Below, in pieces: positions 28,331 to 37,950 of a DNA stretch of 64,000 nt. Position 1 is the stretch's first letter, and each line of letters begins with the position of its first letter. The position numbers and the translations under genes were made by a program. The DNA comes from Bdellovibrionota bacterium. GTDB taxonomy: Bacteria; Bdellovibrionota_G; JALEGL01; DATDPG01. The notes under the pieces were generated by a model that was given only the letters and a program-made list of their open reading frames with translations, was not told where the DNA came from and searched no databases. Where the stretch lies: the NCBI GenBank assembly GCA_963668355.1, contig OY764265.1, forward strand, positions 1,312,001-1,376,000. The letters run 5' to 3'.

Positions 28331-28551
28331 ATATAAGGACTTTAGATCCAACTCCCAAGTAAGTAAGGCGAAACATGGCTCAAAGCGTAACTTTTGTTGG
28401 GTTTTGAACGGTGAAGAAAGGGGCTGGAGGAAGGGGGGGGCGATGCCCCTAAAATTACACGCAAAATTCCGGTCGGAAGCATGACCCAGCAGGTTGCCAA
28501 CCCCCAACCTTTTGTTTACAAGGATTTCGAATTTATTGGAGGAAACAAATT

Positions 28552-29664
28552 ATGATCATCGGAATTCCAAAAGAAATTAAACCTCAAGAAAATCGCGTCG
28601 GAATGATTCCAGCGGGAGTGCGAACACTCACGGAAGTCGGGGCCGAAGTGCTTGTTGAAAAAGGAGCGGGCTTAGGCAGTGGATTTACAGACGACGAATA
28701 TCAAGAAATGGGCGCGAAGATTATCCCGACGGCGGATGAGGTTTGGAAATCTTCCGATATGATCATCAAAGTGAAGGAACCGATTGCTCCTGAATACGAT
28801 CGAATTCAGCAGAAGCAAGTGATCTACACATATTTGCATTTGGCTGTGGCTCCGGAATTGGGAGATGTTCTTTTGAAAAAAGAAGCCACGGGAATTGCCT
28901 ATGAAACCATTCAGCTTGAAGATGGGTCCTTACCTCTGCTGAAACCCATGAGCGAAGTGGCCGGAAAAATGTCCGTACAAGCGGGCGCGACTCATTTACA
29001 AAGAGAGCACGGAGGTAGAGGTGTTCTTTTGGGTGGTGTTCCCGGAGTTCGACGAGGAAAAGTTACCATTCTCGGTGGAGGAATCGTCGGAACGAATGCC
29101 GCAAAGATTGCCGTAGGAATGGGCGCGAACGTGACCATCATTGATGTGAATGTTGATCGTTTGGAATATTTGGATGACATCTTTAGCAGCAAAATTACGA
29201 CGCTTAAGTCCAACTCTCAAAACATTGAGGAAGCGGTTTTGGATTCGGACTTGGTTGTAGGAGGAGTGTTGATTGCTGGAGCCAAAGCTCCAAAATTGGT
29301 GGACCGAGCATTGATTTCCAAAATGCGTCCGGGATCGGTGGTTGTAGATGTTGCCGTGGATCAAGGCGGATGCGTGGAAACGTGTAAGCCCACTACCCAT
29401 CAAAATCCGACCTATGTGGTGGATGGAGTTGTTCATTATTGCGTAGCCAATATGCCAGGAGCGGTTTCTCATTCTTCTACGTTTGCTTTGACGAACGCGA
29501 CGCTGTCGTATGCAAAACGTTTCGTAGAATTGGGTGTTATGGAAGCCATCTCCCAAGATCCAGCACTGGTTCCTGGTGTAAATACCTATGCGGGGTATGT
29601 GACACATAAAGCTGTGGCCGAAGGTTTGGGAAAAGAATATCGGTCGCTTTCGTCATTATTGTAA
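28552..29664 (+). CDS. ald: Alanine dehydrogenase
   Basis: [53 protein letters not shown]. Confidence 0.96.
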   Translation: MIIGIPKEIKPQENRVGMIPAGVRTLTEVGAEVLVEKGAGLGSGFTDDEYQEMGAKIIPTADEVWKSSDMIIKVKEPIAPEYDRIQQKQVIYTYLHLAVAPELGDVLLKKEATGIAYETIQLEDGSLPLLKPMSEVAGKMSVQAGATHLQREHGGRGVLLGGVPGVRRGKVTILGGGIVGTNAAKIAVGMGANVTIIDVNVDRLEYLDDIFSSKITTLKSNSQNIEEAVLDSDLVVGGVLIAGAKAPKLVDRALISKMRPGSVVVDVAVDQGGCVETCKPTTHQNPTYVVDGVVHYCVANMPGAVSHSSTFALTNATLSYAKRFVELGVMEAISQDPALVPGVNTYAGYVTHKAVAEGLGKEYRSLSSLL

Positions 29665-29689
29665 ATTTTTCGATGGCATTGGAGAGATC

Positions 29690-30856
29690 ATGGCAGCCAT
29701 AGAGCATGTAGACTTTCTTCATTTTGACGAGCTTCTTTCCGAAGAAGAACGCATGGTGAGGGATACCGTCCGGGAATTCACCACCGACAAGGTTCTTCCG
29801 GTCATTACAGATCACTATCGAAATGGAACCTTTCCCATGGACTTGATTCCGCAAATGGGAGAGTTGGGTCTTCTGGGCGCAAACCTGGAAGGGTACGAAT
29901 GTGCAGGGATGAACAATGTGGCCTATGGCTTGGCCATGCAAGAGCTTGAACGCGGGGACTCGGGCATTCGGAGTTTTTGTTCTGTCCAAGGTGGCTTGGT
30001 GATGTTTCCCATTCGGGAATTTGGAACGGAAGAGCAAAAGAAAAAATGGCTGCCTCTCTTGGCGCGCGGCGAAAAGATCGGTTGTTTTGGATTGACGGAA
30101 CCCGACCATGGTTCGGATCCCGGTGGAATGATCACTCGGGCTGAAAAGAAAGGGAAGAAGTGGATTCTTCACGGAAATAAATATTGGATCACCAATGGAA
30201 CCATGGCGGACCTTGCTGTGGTATGGGCCAAGACTGAGGATGGCATCCGTGGTTTTCTGGTTGAAAAAGGAACGCCCGGTTTCACCCAAAGTCAGATCAA
30301 AGGAAAACTTTCGTTGAGAGCTTCCGATACAGCTGAGCTTTCGTTAGAGAATGTTGAAATTCCCGAAGAAAACTTATTGCCAGGGGTCAAGGGATTGAAA
30401 GGTCCTTTGAGTTGCTTGAGTCAGGCGAGATATTCCATTGCCTGGGGCGCCCTGGGTGCTGCCGATGCATGCTTCGAAGAAGCGTTGGCCTACGCAAAGG
30501 AACGAACCCAGTTTGACAAGCCCATTGCAGGGTTTCAGTTGGTTCAAAACAAACTCAGCTGGATGGCCACAGAAATTACGAAAGGCCGACTACTGGGCTA
30601 CCGAGTGGCGCAGTTGAAAGATCAAGGCAAATGCGAATTCCAAATGATTTCCATGGCCAAGATGAACAATGTGTGGATGGCTTTGGAGTGTGCCCGTAAG
30701 AGTCGAGATGTTCTTGGGGCGAATGGAATTTTGGATGAATATGCCTCGATGAGACATATGAATAACCTGGAATCGGTTTATACCTACGAGGGCACCCACG
30801 ACATTCACAATTTGATTGTCGCGCAGAAGTTAACGGGAATCGCGGCCTACGTTTGA
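29690..30856 (+). CDS. gcdH: Acyl-CoA dehydrogenase, glutaryl-CoA dehydrogenase-like
   Basis: ELERGDSG.RS..SVQ, GCFGLTEPDHGSDP, LGANGI, NLESVYTYEGTHDIH. Exact substrate is inferred. Confidence 0.8.
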   Translation: MAAIEHVDFLHFDELLSEEERMVRDTVREFTTDKVLPVITDHYRNGTFPMDLIPQMGELGLLGANLEGYECAGMNNVAYGLAMQELERGDSGIRSFCSVQGGLVMFPIREFGTEEQKKKWLPLLARGEKIGCFGLTEPDHGSDPGGMITRAEKKGKKWILHGNKYWITNGTMADLAVVWAKTEDGIRGFLVEKGTPGFTQSQIKGKLSLRASDTAELSLENVEIPEENLLPGVKGLKGPLSCLSQARYSIAWGALGAADACFEEALAYAKERTQFDKPIAGFQLVQNKLSWMATEITKGRLLGYRVAQLKDQGKCEFQMISMAKMNNVWMALECARKSRDVLGANGILDEYASMRHMNNLESVYTYEGTHDIHNLIVAQKLTGIAAYV

Positions 30857-31740
30857 TTGCCGAACTCAAAGCGTCCGGTACATATGATCTAAAGTCGGTG
30901 GTCTTCAGCCATGGATGGAGTGATTTGGCTCCTTTTCGAGTCCTTTCTTCAAATGGCGAAATCGAAACCACTCTTCACGGGAAAGGCCTCCCTGTTTCAG
31001 TTTGCTTGGAGCCGATTCCAAACGGTTGCCGCGTTCGATCGACCAAGAAATTGTCGAAACAAAACATCCTAGACGTGCGTTGGATGTTTCGCCTGGATTG
31101 TGACCTTTCAGATTTTTATCGGTTGGCAAAGAACAATCATCGGAAGTGGATTGTGGAGAGGAAAATGGGCCGGCTTCTTCGTTCGCAGACCGTTTTTGAG
31201 GATCTCATCAAATTGATTTTGACCACCAATTGCAATTGGCAATTCACGCGTCTCATGGTGGAAAATTTGATGAAGTTGGTTGGAAATAACGGCCTTTTCC
31301 CGACCCCGGAAGCGTTGGCCAAGAAGACAGAAGCCTTTTATCGAACCAAGATTCGATCGGGATATCGCTCTCCACATCTTCGAAGCATTGGGAAAATGAT
31401 TGTAAGCGGAAAGTTGAATCCGGAAAGTTGGAGAAACTCCCCGCTCCCCACGGCGGAGCTTAGGAAAGAAATCTTGAAGGTTCCGGGGGCGGGTCCCTAT
31501 GTTGCAGACAATTTGTTGAAGTTTTTAGGGCGAAACGAATTTTTGGGGTTGGACAGCTGGGCTCGCGCGAAGTTGAAACAGGAGTGGCGTTTAAAAAAAG
31601 CGCCTTCTGACAAAGAAATTTCCAGAACATATGAAATATTCGGAGCGTACAAAGGGTTGATGCTTTGGTGTGATCTCACCAAAGATTGGCTCGAGTCCGA
31701 CGAATTCGATTCGTGGATTCGAACGGACGAAGTCTTATAG
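30853..31740 (+). CDS. HhH-GPD DNA glycosylase (AlkA/OGG-like)
   Basis: FEDL.K.I.TTNC.W, GYR, HhH LKVPGAGPYVA, catalytic-type Asp in LDSW; TTG start overlaps the upstream stop. Confidence 0.75.
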   Translation: MIAELKASGTYDLKSVVFSHGWSDLAPFRVLSSNGEIETTLHGKGLPVSVCLEPIPNGCRVRSTKKLSKQNILDVRWMFRLDCDLSDFYRLAKNNHRKWIVERKMGRLLRSQTVFEDLIKLILTTNCNWQFTRLMVENLMKLVGNNGLFPTPEALAKKTEAFYRTKIRSGYRSPHLRSIGKMIVSGKLNPESWRNSPLPTAELRKEILKVPGAGPYVADNLLKFLGRNEFLGLDSWARAKLKQEWRLKKAPSDKEISRTYEIFGAYKGLMLWCDLTKDWLESDEFDSWIRTDEVL

Positions 31741-31750
31741 GATAGATGAC

Positions 31751-32752
31751 TTAATAAGCCCAGCGGAGCAGAACCGAACCCCACGTAAAACCCGCTCCAA
31801 AAGAGGTGAGGAGTACCAGGTCTCCTTTTTTCAATTGGCCCTGGTCGGCGGCTTGAACCAGGCAGGTGGGCAGCGTGGCGGCTGTGGTGTTGCCAAATTT
31901 GTCGATGTTGATGACCACTTTGTTGTCTGGAAGGCCCAGTTTCTTTTGCGTGGACTCAATGATTCTCAAGTTGGCTTGATGAGGAACGAAAAGATCCAAA
32001 TCTTTTCCGGTAAAATCATTCCGATGCAGAACTTCCTCTGAAACCCGAGCCATTTCACTGACAGCAAATTTGAAGACTTGTTTTCCTTCTTGACGAACGT
32101 AATGGAGTTTTTGGTCCACAGTTTCGTGTGAGGGGGGTTGTTTGCACCCACCGGCGGGCTGACAGAGAAGTTCTCCTCCTGATCCATCGATGTGGCAAAC
32201 GGTGTCCAAAATTCCCAGGCCCGTGGTTTCGGGAACCGGCTCAAGGAGTGCGGCCCCAGCCCCGTCACCAAATAGAACGCACGTGTTTCGGTCCTGCATG
32301 TTCAGAATGGAGCTCATGGTGTCGACGCCAATGGCCAAGACCTTTTTGTGTTTTCCCCCTCGAACAAATTGATTCGCAACGGACAAAGCATAAATGAATC
32401 CCGAGCAGGCCGCCTGGATGTCAAAACCCCAGGCATTCGTGGCTCCAATTCGATCTTGAATGAGACAAGCCGTAGCTGGAAACATCATGTCGGGAGTGAT
32501 GGTTGCACAAAGAATCAAATCAATTTCTTTGGGGTCCGTCTTGGTTTTCTTCAGGAGCGTTTCAGCAGCCTTGGCGGCCATGTCACTTGACGTTTGTCCT
32601 TCTTTGACAAAATGGCGCTTCACAATACCGGTCCGGGTTTGGATCCATTCGTCCGAAGTATCCACGAGTTTTTCGAGGTCACGGTTCGTGACAACGCGTT
32701 CCGGGTGGTATTGAGCGACTCCTGTTATTGCCGATCGAAGTGGTGCAGCCAT
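31751..32752 (-). CDS. fabH: 3-oxoacyl-ACP synthase III
   Basis: DTSDEWIQTRTGI, AACSGF, FGDGAGA, PHQANLRI, GNT, FGAGFTWG. Confidence 0.96.
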   Translation of the reverse strand: MAAPLRSAITGVAQYHPERVVTNRDLEKLVDTSDEWIQTRTGIVKRHFVKEGQTSSDMAAKAAETLLKKTKTDPKEIDLILCATITPDMMFPATACLIQDRIGATNAWGFDIQAACSGFIYALSVANQFVRGGKHKKVLAIGVDTMSSILNMQDRNTCVLFGDGAGAALLEPVPETTGLGILDTVCHIDGSGGELLCQPAGGCKQPPSHETVDQKLHYVRQEGKQVFKFAVSEMARVSEEVLHRNDFTGKDLDLFVPHQANLRIIESTQKKLGLPDNKVVINIDKFGNTTAATLPTCLVQAADQGQLKKGDLVLLTSFGAGFTWGSVLLRWAY

Positions 32753-32981
32753 AGCGAGCCCTTGTAAAGTATGCTTTTCGTTCTGGCAAGATTTGCTTGA
32801 AATTTCCTTTGGAATGGGTGGGTTACGCGGTTTTCGTGTCTGAAAATGGGTAATTTTTGTAACGGTTTATCCGAAAGGAACGGAAAAAAACGGAAACATA
32901 AGCACCATTGACCGGAAAATGTATAAGCTGTAGAATTTATTAGGTTTCTTTGCACTCGTGTGCTCGAAATGAGGAGGTTTT

Positions 32982-33524
32982 GTGTTACGTCGTTCGATCT
33001 TAGGAACGTTATGTTTTGCTTTGGTGTTTTGGGTAACGCCAATTTTCGGACAATCCAAGTCGTCTAAGGTCGCTCCCGTGAATATGCGTGCGGTTGAAAA
33101 GCAGATCGCGGGAATGAGTGATGTGTTGAAACGACTTTTGCTCGAAGCTAAAAAGGCCAAAAAGAAAAATGAAATCGCCCAAGTGAATTGTCTGGTGGTG
33201 AAAATCAATTTGGTTAAAGGCTTCATGCAAGCCTCTTCGCGAGCCAACTTAGTGCTTACAGAAGCTTCGTTCTCGGATGACCCTGTGACGGCCAACGCGT
33301 ATGCCTCCAAAATTGCGTCGTACCGTAAGCAGGTTGATGAGATTGGAAAATCGGTGGATGAATGTAGTCAAACGGACACGGTTCGGGAGGGATCGACCCT
33401 GGTGTATATCCGGCCGGAAGAAGGGGTTGAGACAGATTTGACGGAGATTGCTCCTTGGGATTGGGAAGAAGAGACAGGACCGGAAGAGTTTCCGGTTGTT
33501 CCCCCCGCAAGTCCTTTCAGGTAG
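32982..33524 (+). CDS. Hypothetical secreted helical protein heading the polysaccharide export operon
   Basis: SD GAGGAGG; signal peptide; helical body with two mature-region Cys (VNC, DEC); acidic tail ending PPASPFR. Confidence 0.75.
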   Translation: MLRRSILGTLCFALVFWVTPIFGQSKSSKVAPVNMRAVEKQIAGMSDVLKRLLLEAKKAKKKNEIAQVNCLVVKINLVKGFMQASSRANLVLTEASFSDDPVTANAYASKIASYRKQVDEIGKSVDECSQTDTVREGSTLVYIRPEEGVETDLTEIAPWDWEEETGPEEFPVVPPASPFR

Positions 33525-33562
33525 AGGGTCTCTAGATTTTTCTGTCTTCTGTATCGGAAGCA

Positions 33563-34849
33563 GTGAAAAACTTTTGTAGGTTCAGACAGAGTTGGCCTTG
33601 GAAGTCAAAAGGTCTAGGTACACTTTTTGTGTGCTTGTGTACGTGTGTGTCGATGCCTTTGACCGTTTTTGCAGATGTTACGGAGATGCATTCCACCTAC
33701 TCCGAAAGAGAAACGGGATTTCGCTTGGGGGGTCGGGGAAGGTTTCACGCCATTCTCGATGTTCTAGGGACATATGACACCAATACCCTCTACAGTGATA
33801 TCAACCCTCAAAGTGATTTTGTTTTCGATATTACTCCGGGAGCCGAGTTCCGTTGGAATAGTCACAAGCTGGAAGTGGACTCTGGGTACCGTTTCAATTT
33901 TCATCGAAACTTGGAGCAAACCATCCAAAATGATTTGGCCCATCGGGCGAACATCGAGGGAAAGTATCGTTGGAGTCGTCGCATTTCCACAATTGTGGAA
34001 GAAAAATTCGAAAAGACGACCGACCCTGCGGATGTGGAAATTCCGGAAAGGCTGGCGCGATTAACCAATGAAGCGTCGGCTGAAATTCTTTATTCCACGC
34101 CTGGAAAAGATCTAGACTTCGGCTTGCGTTACACAAACATGTATCGCAGGTATGACGCGTCCTTGTCAGCGCTGAGTTACTATAACAACAAGGTCAGCAT
34201 CACTTCTCGCGTGAATATCTCATCCCATTTTCGATTTCTGCCCAAAAGCGTTCTATTCAGCAATATTGAGTATGGTCACAATGATTTTAGGGATGATCCG
34301 ACCACCGTAAATGCCAATAGCGACTCTGATGGTGTTACGATTTCCGCAGGGATTCGATCTCAGTTTTCCAGACGATTTGGGGCGATGGTTCAAATGGGAA
34401 CTAGTTTGGTTTTCTTCGATACAGGACCCAATGCCTACAATGTTACCGGGGGCGTGAGGGGTGACTACCAAAATGGAAGAGGCTTGTCGCTTTTATTTGG
34501 GTATAGCCGCATTGCGCAAATTAGCACGTTTACCAATTATCGTGAGGAACATCGCTTCAATTTGGATTGGAAGCTCAAAATCTTTCGAAAGTTCGAATTG
34601 TCATCACAAATTCTCTTTCAGTTGATAGACTTTTCAGGACCAACCACAAACATTGATGGCTCAGCCAGGAGTGACATTGTGTTACAGTCCACAAGCACAC
34701 TGAAATATTCGATGCGAAAATGGTTGGATCTTTTACTGCGCTACCAAGCGGATTGGCGTTCATCTAACTCCATAGCGCCATTATTTGGGACGGCCAGTGC
34801 AGACTTTTTGAAACATCAGATTTCGGGAGGTTTTTCTGTTTACTATTAA
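33563..34849 (+). CDS. Outer-membrane beta-barrel (BBP2/Wzp/EpsX-like polysaccharide export porin)
   Basis: Signal peptide; alternating aromatic beta-strand pattern throughout; YDTN near the N-terminus; terminal beta-signal GFSVYY; directly upstream of the OPX gene. Confidence 0.78.
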   Translation: MKNFCRFRQSWPWKSKGLGTLFVCLCTCVSMPLTVFADVTEMHSTYSERETGFRLGGRGRFHAILDVLGTYDTNTLYSDINPQSDFVFDITPGAEFRWNSHKLEVDSGYRFNFHRNLEQTIQNDLAHRANIEGKYRWSRRISTIVEEKFEKTTDPADVEIPERLARLTNEASAEILYSTPGKDLDFGLRYTNMYRRYDASLSALSYYNNKVSITSRVNISSHFRFLPKSVLFSNIEYGHNDFRDDPTTVNANSDSDGVTISAGIRSQFSRRFGAMVQMGTSLVFFDTGPNAYNVTGGVRGDYQNGRGLSLLFGYSRIAQISTFTNYREEHRFNLDWKLKIFRKFELSSQILFQLIDFSGPTTNIDGSARSDIVLQSTSTLKYSMRKWLDLLLRYQADWRSSNSIAPLFGTASADFLKHQISGGFSVYY

Positions 34850-34877
34850 CTTAAAACGTTCATGGCTTGCGATTCTG

Positions 34878-35813
34878 GTGATCCTATGGGGACTCAACCT
34901 CAACGCAGTGGAAACCTACCGATATACAATTGGTGTGGGAGATGTTTTGAATATTCGGGTTTTGGGGGAGGCGGATTTCACGGGACAATACCGTGTGGCG
35001 GCAGATGGAACGATTGACTACCCCTACATTCGTCGCATTGAAGTCCAAGGAAAAAGCCCCAAAAATTTAGGCGAGCATATCGCAAAGTTGTTAAAGGATG
35101 GCTATTTGGCAGACCCCCATGTCATGGTGGAGGTTAAGGAATATCATAGTCAAAAAGTTCTTGTTTTGGGAGCGGTAGCAAAGCCCGGAACCTATGTGTT
35201 AATGGAGAATACGCGTGTGTTGGACCTCATTTCGCGCGCGGGAGGAATTACAGAGGTGGGGGGGAAACGCATTCTCCTACTTCGAGATTGGGAAAACCCC
35301 GAAGAAAACAAAACTTTGCCAAAAAATTCGGACCAAGACACGAAAGAGTCTGTTTCCAAGGAGAAGGTTTCTCCAGAGACGAAAGAATCTTTGCAACCCG
35401 TGAAGGAAGATCTTTCCGAGAAGACTCCTTTGGCCGCGCTCAGGAAAAAGGGGGCTAAACCTAAGGTGATTGACTATCACCGTCTGGTTCATAAAGGTGA
35501 CATGACCGAAAACTATCGTCTTCGAAATGGAGATATTTTAAACATTCCCAAAGCCAATGAGATCTTCATTTTTGGGAATGTGGCCAAGCCGGGCCCGGTA
35601 AAATATGAAGACGGGATGACCATTTTGCAGGCGGTAACCTTGGCAGGAGGGCCGACCCCAGAAGCCTCCACGAAATCGACGTACATTTTGCGTCGAAACG
35701 AAAAAGGAGAGACAAAAATGAAAGTCCGATTGGATCGAATCATCGAAAATCGGGCGAAGAACATTCCATTATTGGCCAACGATGTTGTTGTCGTTCCGGA
35801 GAGTTTCTTTTAG
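34878..35813 (+). CDS. Short OPX (Wza-family) polysaccharide export protein lacking the C-terminal OM helix
   Basis: Poly_export motif YTIGVGDVLNIRV...DGTIDYPYI; two SLBB domains; ends VVVVPESFF; no lipobox. True start may be upstream (about 34836-34845). Confidence 0.88.
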   Translation: MILWGLNLNAVETYRYTIGVGDVLNIRVLGEADFTGQYRVAADGTIDYPYIRRIEVQGKSPKNLGEHIAKLLKDGYLADPHVMVEVKEYHSQKVLVLGAVAKPGTYVLMENTRVLDLISRAGGITEVGGKRILLLRDWENPEENKTLPKNSDQDTKESVSKEKVSPETKESLQPVKEDLSEKTPLAALRKKGAKPKVIDYHRLVHKGDMTENYRLRNGDILNIPKANEIFIFGNVAKPGPVKYEDGMTILQAVTLAGGPTPEASTKSTYILRRNEKGETKMKVRLDRIIENRAKNIPLLANDVVVVPESFF

Positions 35814-37943
35814 GTGGAGCTTATGCAAGATATTCAAATCAAAGAATATGCGTATCAAGTTTGGCGAAGACGCAAACTCGTTTTAATTTTTTTGGCGACG
35901 GTCATGGCCATCACCGCTTTGTTTTCAGCACGGCAAACACGGGTATATCGAGCGGCCACAACGATTGAAATTGGCGCCGAAACACCTGATGCTTTTTTTC
36001 AAGACGTGGTGAATGTCACTCCGTACGGATGGTGGAGTGCTTTAAAATATTATGAAACGCAGTATCAGGTCCTGCAAAGTCGTTCGCTGATGTCCAGGGT
36101 AGCCGAACGCGCGATCGAAAAAAAATTGGTCAAGGGCGTGAGTGTCGAAAGATTGACGTCGATTTTAAAAGGTGGAATTTCCATCGGTTCGGATGACAAG
36201 AGTCGACTGGCGACCATTTACTTTGATGATCATGACCCCCAACGGGCGGCGACGTTTGCCAATTTAATTGCGGAAACATACATCGATGAAAATCTGGCCA
36301 ATAAGCTACGAGGGGTGACGCAAGCGGTGGATTGGTTGACCCAACGTCTGGACGAAATCCGAAAAGAAAAACGAGTTCAAGAAGAAGAACTTCAAAAATA
36401 CAAAGAAGAAAAACGTTTGGTGGATGTTGGAGATGGTGGGGATGTTGCGCGAGCCAACTTGCACGCATTGGCAGAGTCCCTCAATCGTTTGAAAAATAAG
36501 CGAATTGAAATCGAAGCCCAGTATCGGAAACTCAAGTCCTTGGTTAAAGGAACGAAGCGTGTGGATGATCTTCTGGGTGTCGTTTCAAGCGAATTGCTTA
36601 CCAAGCTAAAGTACGATTTGGCCGAGTTGCGCAGCCAAAAGGGACGGTTTGATCAACGGTATGGAAAGAAACATCCGAAGATGGTGCGTTTGACTGCTCA
36701 GATCCAAGCGATCGAGGGTTCCATTCGCCAAGAAATTACCAACGAGGTGGATCGCTTGAAAACGAGATATCTGTTGGCCAAAGCGGAGGAGGAATCCATA
36801 CAAAAGGCTTTGGAAGAACAGAAATTGGCCACGCTCAAAGCCGAGGAGGCCAATCGAAAGTTAGCAGATATTCAGATGGTGACGAAAATGAACCAAGAAC
36901 TGTTTGAAGCCTTACAGAAAAAACTAAAAGAGGCGGATCTTTCTGCTTTGGTTCGAAGTAATAATATCCGAGTGGTAGATGCGGCCTTGGTGCCGACTTC
37001 GCCCATTCGACCGAATGTTATGGCCAATATGGTATTGGCCTTGGTGATCGGTTTGTTTGGCGGAATTGGTTTGGCTTTGGGCGTGGAGTCCATGGATGAC
37101 ACGTTGAAAAACCATGAAGACATTGATCGCTATCTTCAACTTCCCGTTTTAGGTGTGATTCCGCGTTTGCAGTCCGAGGATGAGGAGCATCCCAGAGAGA
37201 TCGAGTTGCTTCCATTTTATGAACCCACGGAGCCGATATCCGAGTTCTACCGTACCCTGCGAACCAACGTGATGTTTTTGTCGGCCAATAAGGGATATAA
37301 AAAAGTGACCGTGGTTTCGACCAGTCCGTCAGAGGGGAAAACGTCCTGTGCGGTGAATTTGGCCGTTACCATGGCTCAAGCGGGGCAAAAAACCATTCTT
37401 GTGGAGTTGGATTTAAGACGACCCAGATTGCATAAGAAATTCAAGAATTCCACGAGAGAAGGGTTTACGGATCTTTTGGTGGGAAGCTCTGCTTTGGATG
37501 AAATCATACGCACTTCGGAAGTACCGAATCTAGACTTCATTACGGCGGGGACAATTCCTCCAAATCCAGCGGAGCTTTTGGCATCGGAAGCTTTCAAAGA
37601 GGCCTTTCGAGAATTGGAGAAGCGATATGATCGCATCATTGTGGATTCCTCTCCGATTGCCCCAGTGACAGACGCAGTCATCATTGCGCAGGAAGTGGAT
37701 GGAGTATTACTCGTGGTTCGTGCGGGTCAAACGCATCGAAAAGCCGTTCGGTATGCTTTGGATCAACTCAAAAAAGTAAATTCCGAGGTGTTGGGTGTTG
37801 TTTTGAATGATGTGGATGTGGGGCGTTCGGGTTATGCCGACTACCAATATTATAAATACGGATACTCCCACTATGGATCGGACACCGAGGGCGATGGGGA
37901 TGACGTCCCCAAGGGGCCACAGTTGCCCACGGCAAATGCATAG
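35814..37943 (+). CDS. wzc: Polysaccharide co-polymerase / BY-kinase (Wzc, PCP-2a)
   Basis: Two TMs flanking a coiled coil; EFYRTLRTN, Walker A SPSEGKT, DLRRP, PPNPAELL, VDSSP; Tyr cluster YADYQYYKYGYSHY. Alternative start ATG 35823. Confidence 0.92.
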   Translation: MELMQDIQIKEYAYQVWRRRKLVLIFLATVMAITALFSARQTRVYRAATTIEIGAETPDAFFQDVVNVTPYGWWSALKYYETQYQVLQSRSLMSRVAERAIEKKLVKGVSVERLTSILKGGISIGSDDKSRLATIYFDDHDPQRAATFANLIAETYIDENLANKLRGVTQAVDWLTQRLDEIRKEKRVQEEELQKYKEEKRLVDVGDGGDVARANLHALAESLNRLKNKRIEIEAQYRKLKSLVKGTKRVDDLLGVVSSELLTKLKYDLAELRSQKGRFDQRYGKKHPKMVRLTAQIQAIEGSIRQEITNEVDRLKTRYLLAKAEEESIQKALEEQKLATLKAEEANRKLADIQMVTKMNQELFEALQKKLKEADLSALVRSNNIRVVDAALVPTSPIRPNVMANMVLALVIGLFGGIGLALGVESMDDTLKNHEDIDRYLQLPVLGVIPRLQSEDEEHPREIELLPFYEPTEPISEFYRTLRTNVMFLSANKGYKKVTVVSTSPSEGKTSCAVNLAVTMAQAGQKTILVELDLRRPRLHKKFKNSTREGFTDLLVGSSALDEIIRTSEVPNLDFITAGTIPPNPAELLASEAFKEAFRELEKRYDRIIVDSSPIAPVTDAVIIAQEVDGVLLVVRAGQTHRKAVRYALDQLKKVNSEVLGVVLNDVDVGRSGYADYQYYKYGYSHYGSDTEGDGDDVPKGPQLPTANA

Positions 37944-37950
37944 GACATTC

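Noticed and set aside
28433..28450. G8 tract and small GGGGC-GAT-GCCCC hairpin as a phase-variation or terminator element
   Set aside because: The tract is short, is not placed within an identifiable promoter spacer, and has no U-tail; no support.
23568..30289. Long antisense ORFs (23568..24239, 28996..29607, 29537..30289)
   Set aside because: They lie opposite highly conserved ftsA/ftsZ, ald and acyl-CoA dehydrogenase genes and show no motifs; codon-bias shadows.
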